DNA of 64,000 nucleotides from Pristiophorus japonicus (Eukaryota): the NCBI RefSeq assembly GCF_044704955.1, contig NC_091984.1:179614001-179678000 (forward strand), given 5' to 3'. A program made the translations under genes and the position numbers. Position 1 is the stretch's first letter. Each line of letters starts with the position of its first letter. This document shows, piece by piece, positions 25,309 to 39,208 of the stretch. Under the pieces are notes generated by a model, which saw only the letters and a program-made list of their open reading frames with translations, had not been told where the DNA came from and made no database searches.

Positions 25309-25850
25309 TGTATTGTACAGAGTTAATCACATAGGGTTAATTATGATATTTCGACATTTACAGTGTGTTTCTGCTCCATGCCTCATGGAATGTTGTTGAT
25401 GCAGAGAGAGAGAGAGAGAGAGACCGACCTTGAGGCACACACCAGTTTGTTTATGGAACGGTCTGCGCCTCAACATCTCATGCTTTGTGGAAGAGCAGCT
25501 GGGGCCTTACAGATTAGGAGTTGGCCATAAGCCACATGCACCCATGTTTGTTCAATAGTATAAAGGAACGGACTGTCCAGTAGCTCTTTGAACTTCACCT
25601 TGGACCGTGATTCGCGAGCGGTGCCGGGATCCCCAAGGCTCCTGACCAGCCGTCGTTGTGGAGTTCCCGATGGGCAGAAGGCCGTGAGCTTTGTTGCATC
25701 TTATCTTACTTCTTTTTTCTTCATAAACTGTATTATTATTGTTTCTTTTCTCTCAGTAAATGGTATTTTATCTTTACTTCATTTGTCTTGTCTCTTATTT
25801 AACATTCATCCAGATCCCGAACCTGGAACTATTATTATCGATCCAATACA
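25309..25850 (+). repeat. ERV 3' LTR (complete)
   Basis: TGTATTG...CAATACA inverted ends and an internal (GA)n. Follows the purine-rich tract. Confidence 0.92.
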
Positions 25851-27559
25851 GGAGGAATTTTAAACAAAGGCGTTAAAAAAAATCCCCTAAGCGTGCAAGA
25901 GACAGAGATAGCCATACATAATTAAGAATCCGCTCCAGGTAACTATTTCCAACATTTTACAGATATCGCTACCAGTAGCCTCCATGGACATTGATAAACC
26001 TCAGCTTAGCGATCTGCATAATGCACAAGAAATTCCGTCTAAAAATAATCATTATTGTAATAAGATTTCAGATCCTTAAAGGACAATGTGATATTTATAG
26101 TATTTGGCAGTATTTGACCAAAACCACTAAAGATTTATTTGTTACATTTTACGCTATTTGTTGCCGAAACTTTTGGACAGCTGGAAACCAAAGCTCGGGA
26201 TCATTCTAAATTTGTCTGTGGTTATATCACGTGACGAAGCAATCCTTGACTTTATTGCTCATTCATCCTCAAACTGATAAACAATTCTATATAACGCGCA
26301 ATTAACAATGATTTTAGATGTCGTGACATTTCTGTAAAAGTATGCTTGTAAAATAATAATCAATTAAAGGAAATGAGGTGAGGTTAAAATATATACCACA
26401 GTAAAGCACAATTGCTTTCCGTCCCATTGGTTCAAACTGTCTGGGCTCAGTGTATGCTAAATGTACAATGTCGAAGGTATTTGCCTCAGTTTTATACCAT
26501 GGGACATTTGTAAACAATGCTAGGACTAAGCAATCTAAAACGAAGCATTCCTTCGGCAACAGGGCTGCCGTATTTAAAATAACATCCCTGCGGTACAAAT
26601 GTATTTTTTGTTTGAAAGGTTTCACAGAAATGCAACAAAAAAAGTGTTCATCGGGAAATTGTCGACTGATTGGCAGCACGGACCCCGGATATATTAACCT
26701 TTTTTAATGTTTTTTTTCATTGAAATAACTCATGTTTCTTCATCTCTAGGGTTTAGAGTGGAGACTATCAATGGGAGTAGATATTTCGTTATTCTTTACA
26801 TTTTCCTATCTGATGTTAACATCTGATTTTCTCAATTCAAACATTGAAACACGCATCCTTTGTTCATTCTCGTCATAAATTATCGAGACAAAATTAGTTT
26901 AGTGAAATGACTCACTAAACCTCAGTCTATGACCTTGTGTCGAACATTAATAAAGAACATTGCTCCAAGTTATCTGAGCCTACACCCAACGTTCTTCCTC
27001 TTTATAGAGAATGTTGGAATCACTCAGCAGTCAGGCAGCATCTGTGGAGAGAAACTCCTTGTTTGAGGTGCTGAGTGTTTTCCAGCATTTCCTGTTTTTA
27101 TTTCAGATTTAAAGCAATTCGCAGCATTACGTTTATTTTATCTATACGTACTTGAATTTTGAAAGCTACCACTCTTTGATAATCAAGGATTCATTGCTTA
27201 TTATAACACGCTTTATACGACAGCCCCAGTGCCAAGTTTCAGGCTCTTCAACCTAACCTATCAATACTTTCTGAGTGAAACAATAATTTTACAATCTGGA
27301 ATTTAGGGGAAATCTTTTTCGTACACTCTGCTTGCACATGCCGTCAGCTATGTCGGACAACAATGTGCAATTTCGTGGGCAGGACAAACCGTACACAGGT
27401 ACAGGACTCACACACTGCAACTCCGAATCACACCAACAAATTCCATATTTAAATGGTGTAGTTAAAATATCTTATCAGTCAACTGCATTGGTCTATGTAA
27501 AACAACCCACAATTAATGCGATTCCTTTTTATTTTAGATCGACAGCCAGCCAATCCCAC

Positions 27560-29160
27560 CGTGTCACCTCTGCCTCCAGCAAGGGCACAGAACGTAATCT
27601 GGCTGGGGGACTTCAATGTCCATCACCAGGAGTGGCTCGGTAGCACCACTACTGACAGAGTTGACCGAGTCCTGAAGGACAAAGCTGCCAAACTTGGCCT
27701 ACGGCAGGTGTTGAGACAACCAACATGGGGTAAAACTTACTTTACTTCGTCTTCACCAATTTACCTGTCACAAATGCATCTGCCCATGGCAGTATTGGCA
27801 GGGGTGACCGCCACATGGTCCTTGTGGAGAAGTCCCGTCTTCACACTGAGGACACCATCCATCGTGTTGTGTGGCATTACCACCGTGCTAAATGGGATAG
27901 ATTCAGAACAGATCAAGTGGCACAAAACTGGGCATCCACGAGGCACCATCAGTTGCAGCAAAATTGTACTCCAGCACAATCTGTAACCTCATGGCCCGGC
28001 ATATTCCTTACTCTACCGTTACCAAGCCAGGGGACCAAACCTGGTTCAATGAGGAGTGTAGCAAAGCATATCAGGAGCATCACCAGGCCTACCTGAAAAT
28101 GAGGTGCCAACCTGGTGAAGCTACAATACAGGTCTGCATGCATGCTAAACAGAGGAAACAGCATGCTATTGGCAGAGTTAAGTGATCCCACAACCAACGG
28201 TTCAGATCAAAGCTCTGCAGTCCTGCTACATCCAGTCATGAATGGCGGTGGACATTTAAACAACTGGCGGGAGGAGGAGACTGTATAAACATTCCTATCC
28301 TCAATGATGGCGGAGCCCAGCACAAGTGCACAAAAGATAAGGCTGAAGCATTCGCAAACATCTTTAGCCAGAAGTGCAGAGTGGATGATTCATATCAGCC
28401 TCCTCCTGAGGTCCCCACTTTCACAGAAGCCAGTATTCAGCCAGTTCGATTCAGTCCATGTGATATCAAGAAATGGCTGAGTGCATTGGATGCAGCAAAG
28501 GCTATGGGCCCTGAAAACATCCCACCTGCCATGCTGAAGACTTGTTCTCTAGACCTCGCCACACCTCTAGTCAAGCTGATGAGCTACAGCTACAACACTG
28601 GCATCTACCTAACAATGTGGAAAACTGCCCAGATATGTCCTGTCCACAAAAAGCAGGACAAATCCAATCCAGCCAATTAGAGCACCATCAGTCTATCTCA
28701 TCATCAGCAAAGTGTCGGAAAGTGTCATTGACAGTGCCATCAAGCGACACTTACTCACCAATAACCTGCTCACTAATGCTCAGTTTGGGTTCCGCCAGGG
28801 CCACTCGGCTCCAGGCCTCATTACAACCTTGGTCCAAACATGAAAAAAAGAGCTGAATTACAGAGGTGAGATGAGAGTGACTGCCCTCGACATCAAGAAA
28901 GCATTTGGCCGAGTGTGGCGTCAAGGAGCCCTAGTAAAATTAAAGTCAAGGGGAATCAAGGGAAAACTCTCCACTGGCTGGAGTCATACCTAGCAGAAAA
29001 GAAAAGGATTGTGATTTTTGGAGGCCAATCATCTCAGCCCCAGGACAACTCTGCAGGAGTTCCTCAGGACAGTGCCCATGGCCCAACCATCTTCAGCTGC
29101 TTCATCACTGACCTTCCCTCCATCATAAGATCAGAAGTGGGGATGTTCGCTGAAGATTTC
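27560..29160 (+). mobile_element. Degenerate CR1/L2-group LINE (EN-RT fragment, second family)
   Basis: Motifs WLGDFNVHHQEWL, KAMGPENIP, PVHKKQDKSNPAN and AGVPQDS..GPTIFSCFI. Confidence 0.8.
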
Positions 29161-29754
29161 AATATTCATTTCTATTCACAAGTACTGCTCGCTACAACCT
29201 TTGCAATGGCAATTGGGATGGGCAATAATTGCTGGCCTCACCAGCGACGCCCACATCCCATGAACACTAATCCAACTATTCATATGATGGACGCCTCAAA
29301 TGTCCTCGCTACTAGCCTTCCTGTCTCCACTTTTGAGAAACATCAGCATATTCAGAATTCCACAGCCTTCATCCTCTCAGGCACAACTCCCCTCACTATT
29401 ATACCCAATCTATGCCAGCTTCTATGCTTCACCCAGTCAGCTTCGAGATGTTTGTCCTGACGTACGAATCTGTGACTGGTCTCAACATATGATATTTCAG
29501 CAGCTTCTTCAGTTCTACCCACATGTTCTGCTTCTTTCGCTCCAGATTACTGCTTGTTCCGGGGTATCTCAGCTCCACCAACAAAGCCGATCATTCAATG
29601 ACCACACCCCTACTCTAATGATGTGCCTTCGAATATAGGATTGTCTTGCTACTGGTTTCCCTGTCTTTAAAGGCCCCCTCTCACCCCTCCCCCAAACACA
29701 CAATAGACAAAGACAGTAACACACTAACACACACGGACACAATCTAAATAAGAA

Positions 29755-30425
29755 TATAAGAACATAAGAAATAGAAACAGGAGTAGGCCATACGGCCCCT
29801 CGAGCCTGCTCCACCATTCAATAAAATCATGGCTGATCTGATCATGGGCTCAGCTCTACCTTCCTGCCCGTTCCCCATAACCCCTTATCTCTTTATCGTT
29901 TAAGAAACTGTCTATTTCTGTCTTAAATTTATTCAATGTCCCAGCTTCCAAAGCACTCTGAGGCAGCGAATTCCACAGATTTATAACCCTCTGAGAAAAG
30001 AAATTTCTCCTCATCTCAGTTTTAAATGGGCGGCCACTTATTCTAAGATCATGCCCTTTAGTTCTAGTCTCCCCCATCAGTGGAAACATCCTCTCTGCAT
30101 CCACCTTGTCAAGCTCCCTCATAATCTTATACGTTTCGATAAGATCATCTTTCGTTCTTCTGAATTCCAATGAGTAGAGGCCGAACCTACTCAACTTTTC
30201 CTCATAAGTCAACCCCCTCATCTCCGGAATCAACCTAGTGAACCTTCTCTGAACTGCCTCCATCGCAAGTATATCCTTTTGTAAATATGAAAACCAAAAC
30301 TGCATGCAGTATGCCAGGTGTGGCCTCACCAATACCCTGTACAGCTGTAGCAAGACTTCATTGCTTTTATACTCCATCCCCTTTGCAATAAAGGCCAAGA
30401 TTCCATTGGCCTTCGTGATCACTTG
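29755..30425 (-). mobile_element. CR1 LINE 3' fragment
   Basis: ORF 29856-30422 encodes the RT C-terminus (LVRPHL, FFSQRVINLWN). AACATAAG tail. Confidence 0.9.
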
Positions 30426-31889
30426 CTGTCCTCCTCTTTCGCTTAAGTTCGATATTTCTCCTTATTACACGGTGCTCTGCACACAGTAATAGTTCATTAC
30501 CTTTAAATTGTTATTTGCATTCTAATACATAGATAACATAAATATCTCTTAGCTGTTGTACACAAAGCACTCGTTCGCCGGTTACTTGTGCCTCAAGTCC
30601 ATCCTCAATTCAAAGTTGCTTAATTCAAATAATTGAATAATTCATTCATAGCAATAGATTCCTACTTTTCTATTTTGTTTACATTGTTAAATCAAATTAC
30701 TGAATAAGTAATTTTACAGTAATAAAGGACTTTGAATTATCAGGACCTGAACGACCATTTTCCCTTCGCCCTTGATAAACCTCAGCTAATCCAAATTTCC
30801 GCGGTGTGGTACGGTAGAAAATGCCTTTTCCATTCATGTAATGCCGATTTATCGCCACCAGAGAACGCCAGAGCTCCTGATAAGTCACGGTCATTGATTC
30901 AGTAAAATGGGACGCTGTAAAGAGGCGCACAATATGTTAACATCACCAGACCGATATGAGTACAGTTAACACGTGGTAATTTTATGAGGAGCAGAAAATA
31001 CGTTTCTTAAGAAAATATTATTTAATTTTGTAATTTGGAGCATTTAAATTAAAATGGAGGATTACAGCATGAAATGCAACTTCATTTATTGTTGAAGGGC
31101 AGAATTAAGGACACGGTGATTTGTGTTTATCCACTTGGCGGCCGATCGTCAGATAACTGTTCGCACGGTCTGAACATCAGACTCTGATTTTACAGTCTGC
31201 ACTTCACTTCCACCAAACCATGACCAAGATAATTTCATTAAACACACCAGGACCTAACAAAGAGTAGATTCAAACTGATTCTCAGATTATGGCAGAGCTG
31301 CTTAATGATTATTTCACATAAGTCTATACTCCTGTAGATGAAGCTTAGATTCTACATGAGGGGTGCTCCGTATTGAACAGCATTACTAATATCAACATCG
31401 ATCGTTGAAGAGCATAAGCCTTCAGCACTACAGCCCTACTCATGAACCTGCTCTTGGGCCTGGCTGAAACAGCTTCTTGTAGGTATCGGATGTACAGCGC
31501 TCATGTGAAGTGGGGCTTCATCTGCAGGAGTATAGACTTATGTGAAATAATCACATAGCCTTGCTGTTTGTAGTACGTTCAGCCATTTCTTGATATCACG
31601 TGGAGTGTATCAAATTGGCTGAAGACTGGCTTGTGTGACGGTGGAGGTCTCAGGTGGAGGCATCGGCGCTTCTGGCGGAAGACGGTTGCAAACGCTTCAG
31701 CCATATCTTTTACACTCTGGTGGTGGGCTCTGCCATCATTAAGGATGGGGATGTCCCATTCGTTTTTTAATTACCCACCACCATTCACGACTGGATGGGC
31801 AAGGACTACAGTTCTTAATATTTTACTCCAATTTCTAGACCTGCCATTTAAATTACAAAACATTACATTTGATCCCTCACATGCTTTAT

Positions 31890-32290
31890 TCTGGGTTCAA
31901 ATACCACTCCAAGGATTTGAGCCCATAAATCTAGGTTGACACTCCAGTGCAGCGCTGAAGGAGTGCTGTAATGTCGGAGATGCCCTCTTTCAGGTAAAGC
32001 GACATCCTGACTGCTCTCTCTGGTGGGCATAAAAGATCCCTTGGCACTATTTTGAGTAAGAGCAGGGGAGTTCTCGCTGGTGTCACGGCCAATATGTATA
32101 CCTCAACAAACATAAAAACAGATTTTCTGGTCATTATCACATTGTAGAAGTTGCTGTACACAAATTGGTTGCCACTTTCCCCACGTTACAAATGTCACTA
32201 CACTCCAAAAGTACTTCATTGGCTGCAAAGCACCTTGAGATATCTGGTGGTCGTGAAAGGCGCTATATAAATGTAATCTTTATTTCTTAG
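31890..32290 (+). mobile_element. SINE of the Deu-domain (SacSINE/AmnSINE-like) type
   Basis: AAAAGATCCC..GGCACTATTT..GAGCAGGGGAGTTCTC core and an AAAGGCGCTATATAAAT 3' tail, recognised by pattern only. Confidence 0.55.
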
Positions 32291-32441
32291 ATGTGATTGG
32301 TTGCTTGTGGGATCACTTAGCTTGTCTACATCCTGCTGCTTCTGCTTTTTAGAATACATGCAATCCTGTGTTGTAGCTTCACCAGGTTGGCACCTCATAA
32401 GAACATAAGAACATAAGAAATAGGAGCGGGAGTAGGCTATT

Positions 32442-34793
32442 TAGAAACATACAAACATAGAAAATAGGTGCAGGAGTAGGCCATTCGGCCCTTCGAGCCT
32501 GCACCGCCATTCAATGAGTTGATGGCTGAAAATGCAACTTCATACTCCATTCTCCATTCAGTACTCCATTCCTGCTTTCTCGCCATTTCCCTTGATCCCC
32601 CTAGTAGTAAGGACTACATCTAACTCCTTTTTGAATATATTTAGTGAATTGGCCTCAACAACTTTCTGTGGTAGAGAATTCCACAGGTTCACCACTCTCT
32701 GGGTGAAGAAGTTTCTTCTCATCTCAGTCCTAAATGGCTTACCCCTTATCCTTAGACTGTGACCCCTGGTTCTGGACTTCCCCAACATTGGGAACATTCT
32801 TCCTGCATCTAACCTGTCTAAACCCATCAGAATTTTAAACGTTTCTATAAGATCCCCTCTCATTCTTCTGAACTCCAGTGAATACAAGCCCAGTTGATCT
32901 AGTCTTTCTTGATATGTCAGTCCCGCCATCCCGGGAATCAGTCTGGTGAACCTTTGCTGCACTCCCTCAATAGCAAGAATGTCCTTCCTCAAGTTAGGAG
33001 ACCAAAATTGTACACAATACTCCAGGTGAGGCCTCACCAAGGCCCTGTACAATTGTAGTTACACCTCCCTGCCCCTGTACTCAAATCCCCTCGCTATGAA
33101 GGCCAACATGCCATTTGCTTTCTTAACCGCCTGCTGTACCTGCATGCCAACCTTCAATGACTGATGTACCATGACACCCAGGTCTCGTTGCACCTTCCCT
33201 TTTCCTAATCTGTCACCATTCAGATAATAGTCTGTCTCTCTGTTTTTACCACCAAAGTGGATCACCTCACGTATATCCACATTATACTTCATCTGCCATG
33301 CATTTGCCCACTCACCTAACCTATCCAAGTCACTCTGCAGCCTCACAGCCTCCTCCTCGCAGCTCACACTGCCACCCAACTTAGTGTCATCCGCAAATTT
33401 GGAGACACTACATTTAATCCCCTCGTCTAATTCATTAATGTACAATGTAAACAGCTGGGGCGCCAGCACATAACCTTGCGATACCCCACTAGTCACTGCC
33501 TGCCATTCTGAAAAGTACCCATTTACTCCTACTCTTTGCTTCCTGTCTGACAACCAGTTCTCAATCCACGTCAGCACACTACCCCCAATCCCATGTGCTT
33601 TAACTTTGCACATTAATCTCTTGTATGGGACCTTGTCGAAAGCCTTCTGAAAGTCCAAATACACCACATCAACTGGTTCTCCCTTGTCCACTCCACTGGA
33701 AACATCCTCAAACAATTCCAGAAGATTTGTCAAGCATGATTTCCCTTTCACAAATCCATGCTGACTTGGACCTATCATGTCACCTCTTTCCAAATGCGCT
33801 GCTATGACATACTTAATAATTGATTCCATCATTTTACCCACTACTGATATCAGGCTGACCGGTCTATAATTCCCTGTTTTCTCTCTCCCTCCTTTTTCAA
33901 AAAGTGGGGTTACATTGGCTACCCTCCACTTCATAGGAACTGATCCAGTCTATGGAATGTTGGAAAATGACTGTCAATTCATCCGCTATTTCAAAGGCCA
34001 CCTCTTTAAGTACTCTGGGATGCAGTCCATCAGGCCCTGGGGATTTATCGGCCTTCAATCCCATCAATTTCCCCAACACAATTTCCCGACTTATAAGGAT
34101 TTCCCTCAGTTCCTCCTTCTTACTAGACCCTCTGACCCCTTTTATATCCGGAAGGTTGTTTGTGTCCTCCTTAGTGAATACCGAACCAATTGGTCTGCCA
34201 TTTCTTTGTTCCCCGTTATGACTTCCCCTAATTCTGACTGCAGGGGACCTACATTTGTCTTTACTAACCTTTTTCTCTTTACAGATCTATAGAAGCTTTT
34301 GCAGTCCGTCTTAATGTTCCCTGCAAGCTTCCTCTCGTACTCTATTTTCCCTGCCCTAATCAAACCCTTTGTCCTCCTCTGCTGAGTTCTAAATTTCTCC
34401 CAATCCCCGGGTTCGCTGCTATTTCTGGCCAATTTGTATGCCACTTCCTTGGCTTTAATACTATCCCTGATTTCCCTTGATAGCCACGGTTGAGCCACCT
34501 TCCCTTTTTTATTTTTACGCCAGACAAGGATGTATAATTGTTGTAGTTCATCCAAGCGGTCTCTAAATGTCTGCCATTGCCCATCCACTGTCAACGCCTT
34601 AAGTATCATTTGCCAATCTATCCTAGCCAATTCACGCCTCATACCTTCAAAGTTACCCTTCTTTAAGTTCTGGACCATGGTCTCTGAATTAACTGTTTCA
34701 TTCTCCATCCTAATGTAGAATTCCACCATATTATGGTCACTCTTCCCCAAGGGGCCTCGCACAATGAGATTGCTAATTAATCCTCTCTCATTA
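32442..34793 (-). mobile_element. CR1 LINE ORF2 3' part (continues at 38111)
   Basis: ORFs 32558-33052, 33059-33934 (YLDFQKAFD, KFADD) and 34142-34876 (SDHN). Confidence 0.92.
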
Positions 34794-35099
34794 ACGCCTA
34801 ATTTGTAACCTGCGCCTGATTTTTTAATGTGTAGACAAGGTTTTTTCAGTTCTACAAAAATCTTCACTTGCTCCATTCTAAGTTAGTTTGGAGTACATTT
34901 TCACTGTGGAAACTTTGAAATCAGGCGTCAGTGGCCGTACACGCCCCCTTTTGAAGAAAAAATTCTGTTCCAAAGTGAAACTGTTCTAACTGACTAGAAC
35001 TGCAGAAAAAAAAATGTGGAGAATTGCGATTTCTAAGATAGTCCGTTCTCCACCAGTTACTCCTAAAAATCAGGCGCAAATCATGTGGAAACTTGGGCC

Positions 35100-35980
35100 C
35101 TAAAAGTGTGTTCTTAGGCTACTGAACAGTTCAATACGGGAATTACAGTCTCGGTCACAGGTGAGACAGACAGTCATTGAAGGAAAGGGTGGGTGGGGAG
35201 TCTGGTTTGTCACCGCTCCTTTCACTGCCTGCGCTTCCTCTTGGCAATGAGACTCGAGGAGCTCAGTGCCCGCCTGGATGCTCTTCCTCTACTAAGGCAA
35301 TCTTTGGCCAGGGGACTCCCAGGTGTCAGTGGGGATATTGCATTTTATCAAGGAGGTTTTGAAGGTTTCTTTGAAACGTTTCCTCTGTCCACCTGGGGCT
35401 CACTTGTCATGTAGGAATTCCGAGTAGAGCACTTGCTTTGAAAGTCTTGTGTGGCCCGCCCAACAGAGCTGGTCGAGTGTGGTCAGTGCTTCGATGCTGG
35501 GTATGTTGGGCTGATCGAGGACACTAACGTTGGTGTGTCTGTCCTCCCAGGGGATTTGCATGATCTTGCGGAGACATCGTTGGTGGTATTTCTCTAGCGA
35601 TTTGAGGTGTCTACGTATATGGTCCACATCTCTGAGCCATACAGGAGGGCGGGTATCACTACAGCCCTGTAGACCATGAGCTTGGTGCCAGATTTGAGGG
35701 CATGGTCTTCGAACACTCTCTTCCTCAGGTGGCCGAAGGCTCGCTGGTGCACTGGAGGCAGTGTTGAATCTTGTTGTTGATGTCTGCCCTTGCTGATAAT
35801 AGGCTCCCGAGGTGTGGAAAGTGGTCCACGTTGTCCAGGGCTGCGCCGTTGATCTTGATGACTGGGGGGCAGTGCTGTGTGGCGGGGTCAGGTTGGTGGA
35901 GGACCTTTGCCTTACGGATGTTTAGTCTAAGGCCCATGCTTTCGTATGCCTCAGTGAAGATGTTGACGATGACTTGGAGT
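35100..35980 (-). mobile_element. RTE-clade LINE 3' fragment
   Basis: GLRLNIRKAKVL...VDHFPHLGSLLS and LEKYHQRCLRKIMQIPWEDRHTNVSVL...LCWAGH. Confidence 0.8.
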
Positions 35981-38110
35981 TCAGTCCGAGAGGCGGGAGT
36001 TCGTGGAGTCGGGAGGCCTATAAAGGCCCAGTGGCAGTGAGAGGCGGCGGCAGTCTGAGAGGCGGGAATTGGTGGAGTCGGTAGGCCTATAAAGGCCCAG
36101 CGGCAGCGAGAGGCGGGAATTCATGGAGTCAGGAGGCCTATAAAGGCCCAGCCAGTGCAGCTTCAGCAGGGAGGCAAAAAAGAAGTAGAAAGAAATTAAA
36201 AGGTGACGTCACAGCCAAGGGGGTTAGTGACTGGCTGGTGACTGGTGAGTAGCTTTTCTTTTTTCTTTTCTATATAAGTAAGTAACCTTTAGCATTGTTG
36301 TTGCCAATTTAAGAGTATCGAAGGGTTAAGTCATGGCAGGAGAGCTCGAACACGTGTTATGCACCCCCTGTACTATGTGGGAAGTGCATCCGCCTGCAGA
36401 ACCTGACGGACCGCATTGCGGCACTGGAGCTGCGGATGGATTCACGCCGGAGCATCCACGATGCTGAGAATGACATGAAAAGCACGTTTAGCGAGTTGGT
36501 CTCACCACAGGTAAAGGGTACACAACCAGATAGTAAATGGGTAACCAACAGGAAGAGCAGTGCAAGGAAGGTAGTGCATGGGTCCTCTGCGGTCATCCCC
36601 CTGCAAAACAGATACACTGCTTTGGGTACTGTTGAGGGGGACGACTCATCAGGGGAGGGCAGCAGCAGCCAAGTTCATGGCACCATGGGTGGCTCTGCTG
36701 CACAGGAGCGCAGGAAAAAGAGCGGGAGAGCTATAGTGATAGGGGATTCAATTGTAAGGGGAATAGGTAGGTGTTTTTGCGGCCGCAACTGAGACTGCAG
36801 GACGGTAGTCCAAGTCAGCATGGATTTGTGAAAGGGAAATCATGCTTGACAAATCTTCTGGAATTTTTTGAGGATGTTTCCAGTAGAGTGGACAAGGGAG
36901 AACCAGTTGATGTGGTGTATTTGGACTTTCAGAAGGCTTTCGACAAGGTCCCACACAAGAGATTAATGTGCAAAGTTAAAGCACATGGGATTGGGGGTAG
37001 TGTGCTGACATGGATTGAGAACTGGCATGTCAGACAGGAAGCAAAGAGTAGGAGTAAATGGGTACTTTTCAGAATGGCAGGCAGTGACTAGTGGGGTACC
37101 GCAAGGTTCTGTGCTGCGGCTCCAGCTGTTTAAATTGTACATTAATGATTTAGACGAGGGGATTAAATGTAGTATCTCCAAATTTGCAGCTGACACTAAG
37201 TTGGGTGGCAGTGTGAGCTGCGAGGAGGATGCTATGAGGCTGCAGAGTGACTTGGATAGGTTAGGTGAGTGGGCAAATGCATGGCAGATGAAGTATAATG
37301 TTGATAAATGTGAGGTTATCCACTTTGGTGGTAAAAACAGAGAGACAGACTATTATCTGAATGGTGACAGATTAGGAAAAGGGGAGGTGCAACGAGACCT
37401 GGGTGTCATGGTACATCAGTCATTGTAGGTTGGCATGCAGGTACAGCAGGCGGTTAAGAAAGCAAATGGCATGTTGGTCTTCATAGGGAGGGGATTTGAG
37501 TACAGGGAGGTGTTACTACAGTTGTACAGGGCCTTGGTGAGGCCACACCTGGAGTATTGTGTACACTTTTGGTTTCCTAACTTGAGGAAGGACATTCTTG
37601 CTATTGAGGGAGTGCAGCAAAGGTTCACCAGACTGATTTCCGGGATGGCGGGACTGACATATCAAGAAAGACTGGATCAACTGGGCTTGTATTCACTGGA
37701 GTTCAGAAGAATGAGAGGGGATCTCATAGAAACGTTTAAAATTCTGACGGGTTTAGACAGGTTAGATGCAGGACGAATGTTCCCAATGTTGGGGAAGTCC
37801 AGAACCAGGGGTCACAGTCTAAGGATAAGGGGTAAGCCATTTAGGACTGAGATGAGGAGAAACTTCTTCACCCAGAGAGTGGTGAACCTGTGGAATTCTC
37901 TACCACAGAAAGTTGTTGAGTCCAGTTCGTTAGATATATTCAAAAGGCAGTTAGATGTTGCCTTGTGGCTAAAGGGATCAAGGGGTATGGGGAGAAGGCA
38001 GGAGTGGGGTACTGAAGTTGCATGTTCAGCCATGAACTCACTGAATGGCGGTGCAGGCTCGAAGGGCCTACTCCTACTCCTGCACCTATTTTCTATGTTT
38101 CTATGTTTCT
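35981..38110 (+). mobile_element. Internally deleted CR1 LINE (5' UTR, ORF1 esterase fused to the ORF2 RT half, tail)
   Basis: ORF1 zipper plus IVIGDSIVRG (SGNH esterase) joins at ~36807 directly to SQHGFVKGKSCLTN. (CTATGTTT)n tail. Confidence 0.9.
35985..36150 (+). repeat. Three tandem ~50-70-bp repeats in the CR1 5' UTR
   Basis: GAGAGGCGGGA..TGGAGTC.G.AGGCCTATAAAGGCCCAG occurs three times. Confidence 0.8.
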
Positions 38111-38853
38111 ATTACACAACACCCAGTGTATGATGACCTCCCCCTAGTTGGTTCCTCGACATATTGGTCTAGAAAACCATCCCTTATGCACTCCAGGAAA
38201 TCCTCCTCCACCGTATTGCTTCCAGTTTGGTTAGCCCAATCTATATGCATATTAAAGTCATCCATGATAACTGCTGCATCTTTATTGCACACACCCCTAA
38301 TTTCCTGTTTGATGCCCTCCGCAACATCACTACTATTGTTTGGAGGTCTGTACACAACTCCCACTAACATTTTTTGCCCTTTGGTGTTCTGCAACTCTGC
38401 CCATAGATTCCACATCATCCAAGCTAATGTCCTTCCTAATTGTTGCATTAATCTCCTCTTTAACCAGCAATGCTACCCCACCTCCTTTTCCTTTTATTCT
38501 ATCCTTCCTGAATGTTGAATACCCTTGGATGTTGAGTTCCCAGCCCTGATCATCCTGGAGCCACGTCTCTGTAATCCCAATCTCATCATATCTGTTAACA
38601 TCTATTTGCACAGTTAATGCATCCACCTTATTACGGATACTCCTTGCATTAAGACACAAAGCCTTCAGGCTTGTTTTTTTAACACCCTTTGCCCTTTTAG
38701 AATTATGATGTAGTGTGGCCCTTTTTGTTTCTTGCCTTTGTTTACTCGGTCTTCCACTATTGCTTTTTACCTTTCTACCATCAGTTTCTGACTCCATATT
38801 ACTTCGCCCTGTCTCGCTGCTTAGGTTCCCATCCTCCTGCCATATTAGTTTAA
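38111..38853 (-). mobile_element. CR1 ORF2 endonuclease part (continuation of 32442-34793)
   Basis: LCLNARSIRNK, ITETWL, GGGVALLVK, VYRPP and DFN motifs. Confidence 0.9.
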
Positions 38854-38856
38854 ATC

Positions 38857-39158
38857 TCGAGCCTGCTTTGCCATTTAATAAGATCATGGCTGATGTGATC
38901 ATGGATTCAGCTCACTTCCCTGCCCGCTCCCCATAACCCTTTATTCCCTTATCACTCAAAGATCTGTCTATCTCCACCTTAAATATATTCAATGACCCAG
39001 CCAACACAGCTCCCTGAGGCAGAGAATTCCACAGATTTACAACCCTCTGAGAGAAGAAATTCCTCCTCGTTTTAGTTTTAAACGTGCAGTCCCTTATTCT
39101 GAGACTATGCCCCCTAGTTTTAGTTTCCCCTATGAGTGGAAATATCCTCTCTGCATCC
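38857..39158 (-). mobile_element. CR1 3' fragment
   Basis: Encodes RRNFFSQRVVNLWNSLP. Confidence 0.85.
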
Positions 39159-39208
39159 TTTTTAGGTTTGCATGGTGTTGCTCCTGGTATGCTCTTCGAC
39201 ATTCCTCA

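Larger units (their letters stand above)
17782..25850 (+). mobile_element. Endogenous retrovirus, class III (ERV-L/ERV-S-like), LTR-gag-pro-pol-env-LTR, decayed
   Basis: Paired LTRs bounded by TGTATTG...CAATACA. 5-bp TSD GGAGA/GGAGG. Purine-rich tract AAGGGTGGA before the 3' LTR. ERV-L/Fv1-like gag motif (RQKPGESLSKWLTQIWDQG), DTG protease, YIDD RT, RNase H, integrase and env. Confidence 0.93.

Noticed and set aside
32399-32470. (AACATAG/AACATAAG)n short repeats here and elsewhere as a CRISPR-like array
   Set aside because: They are CR1 LINE 3' microsatellite tails in eukaryotic DNA, with no spacers.
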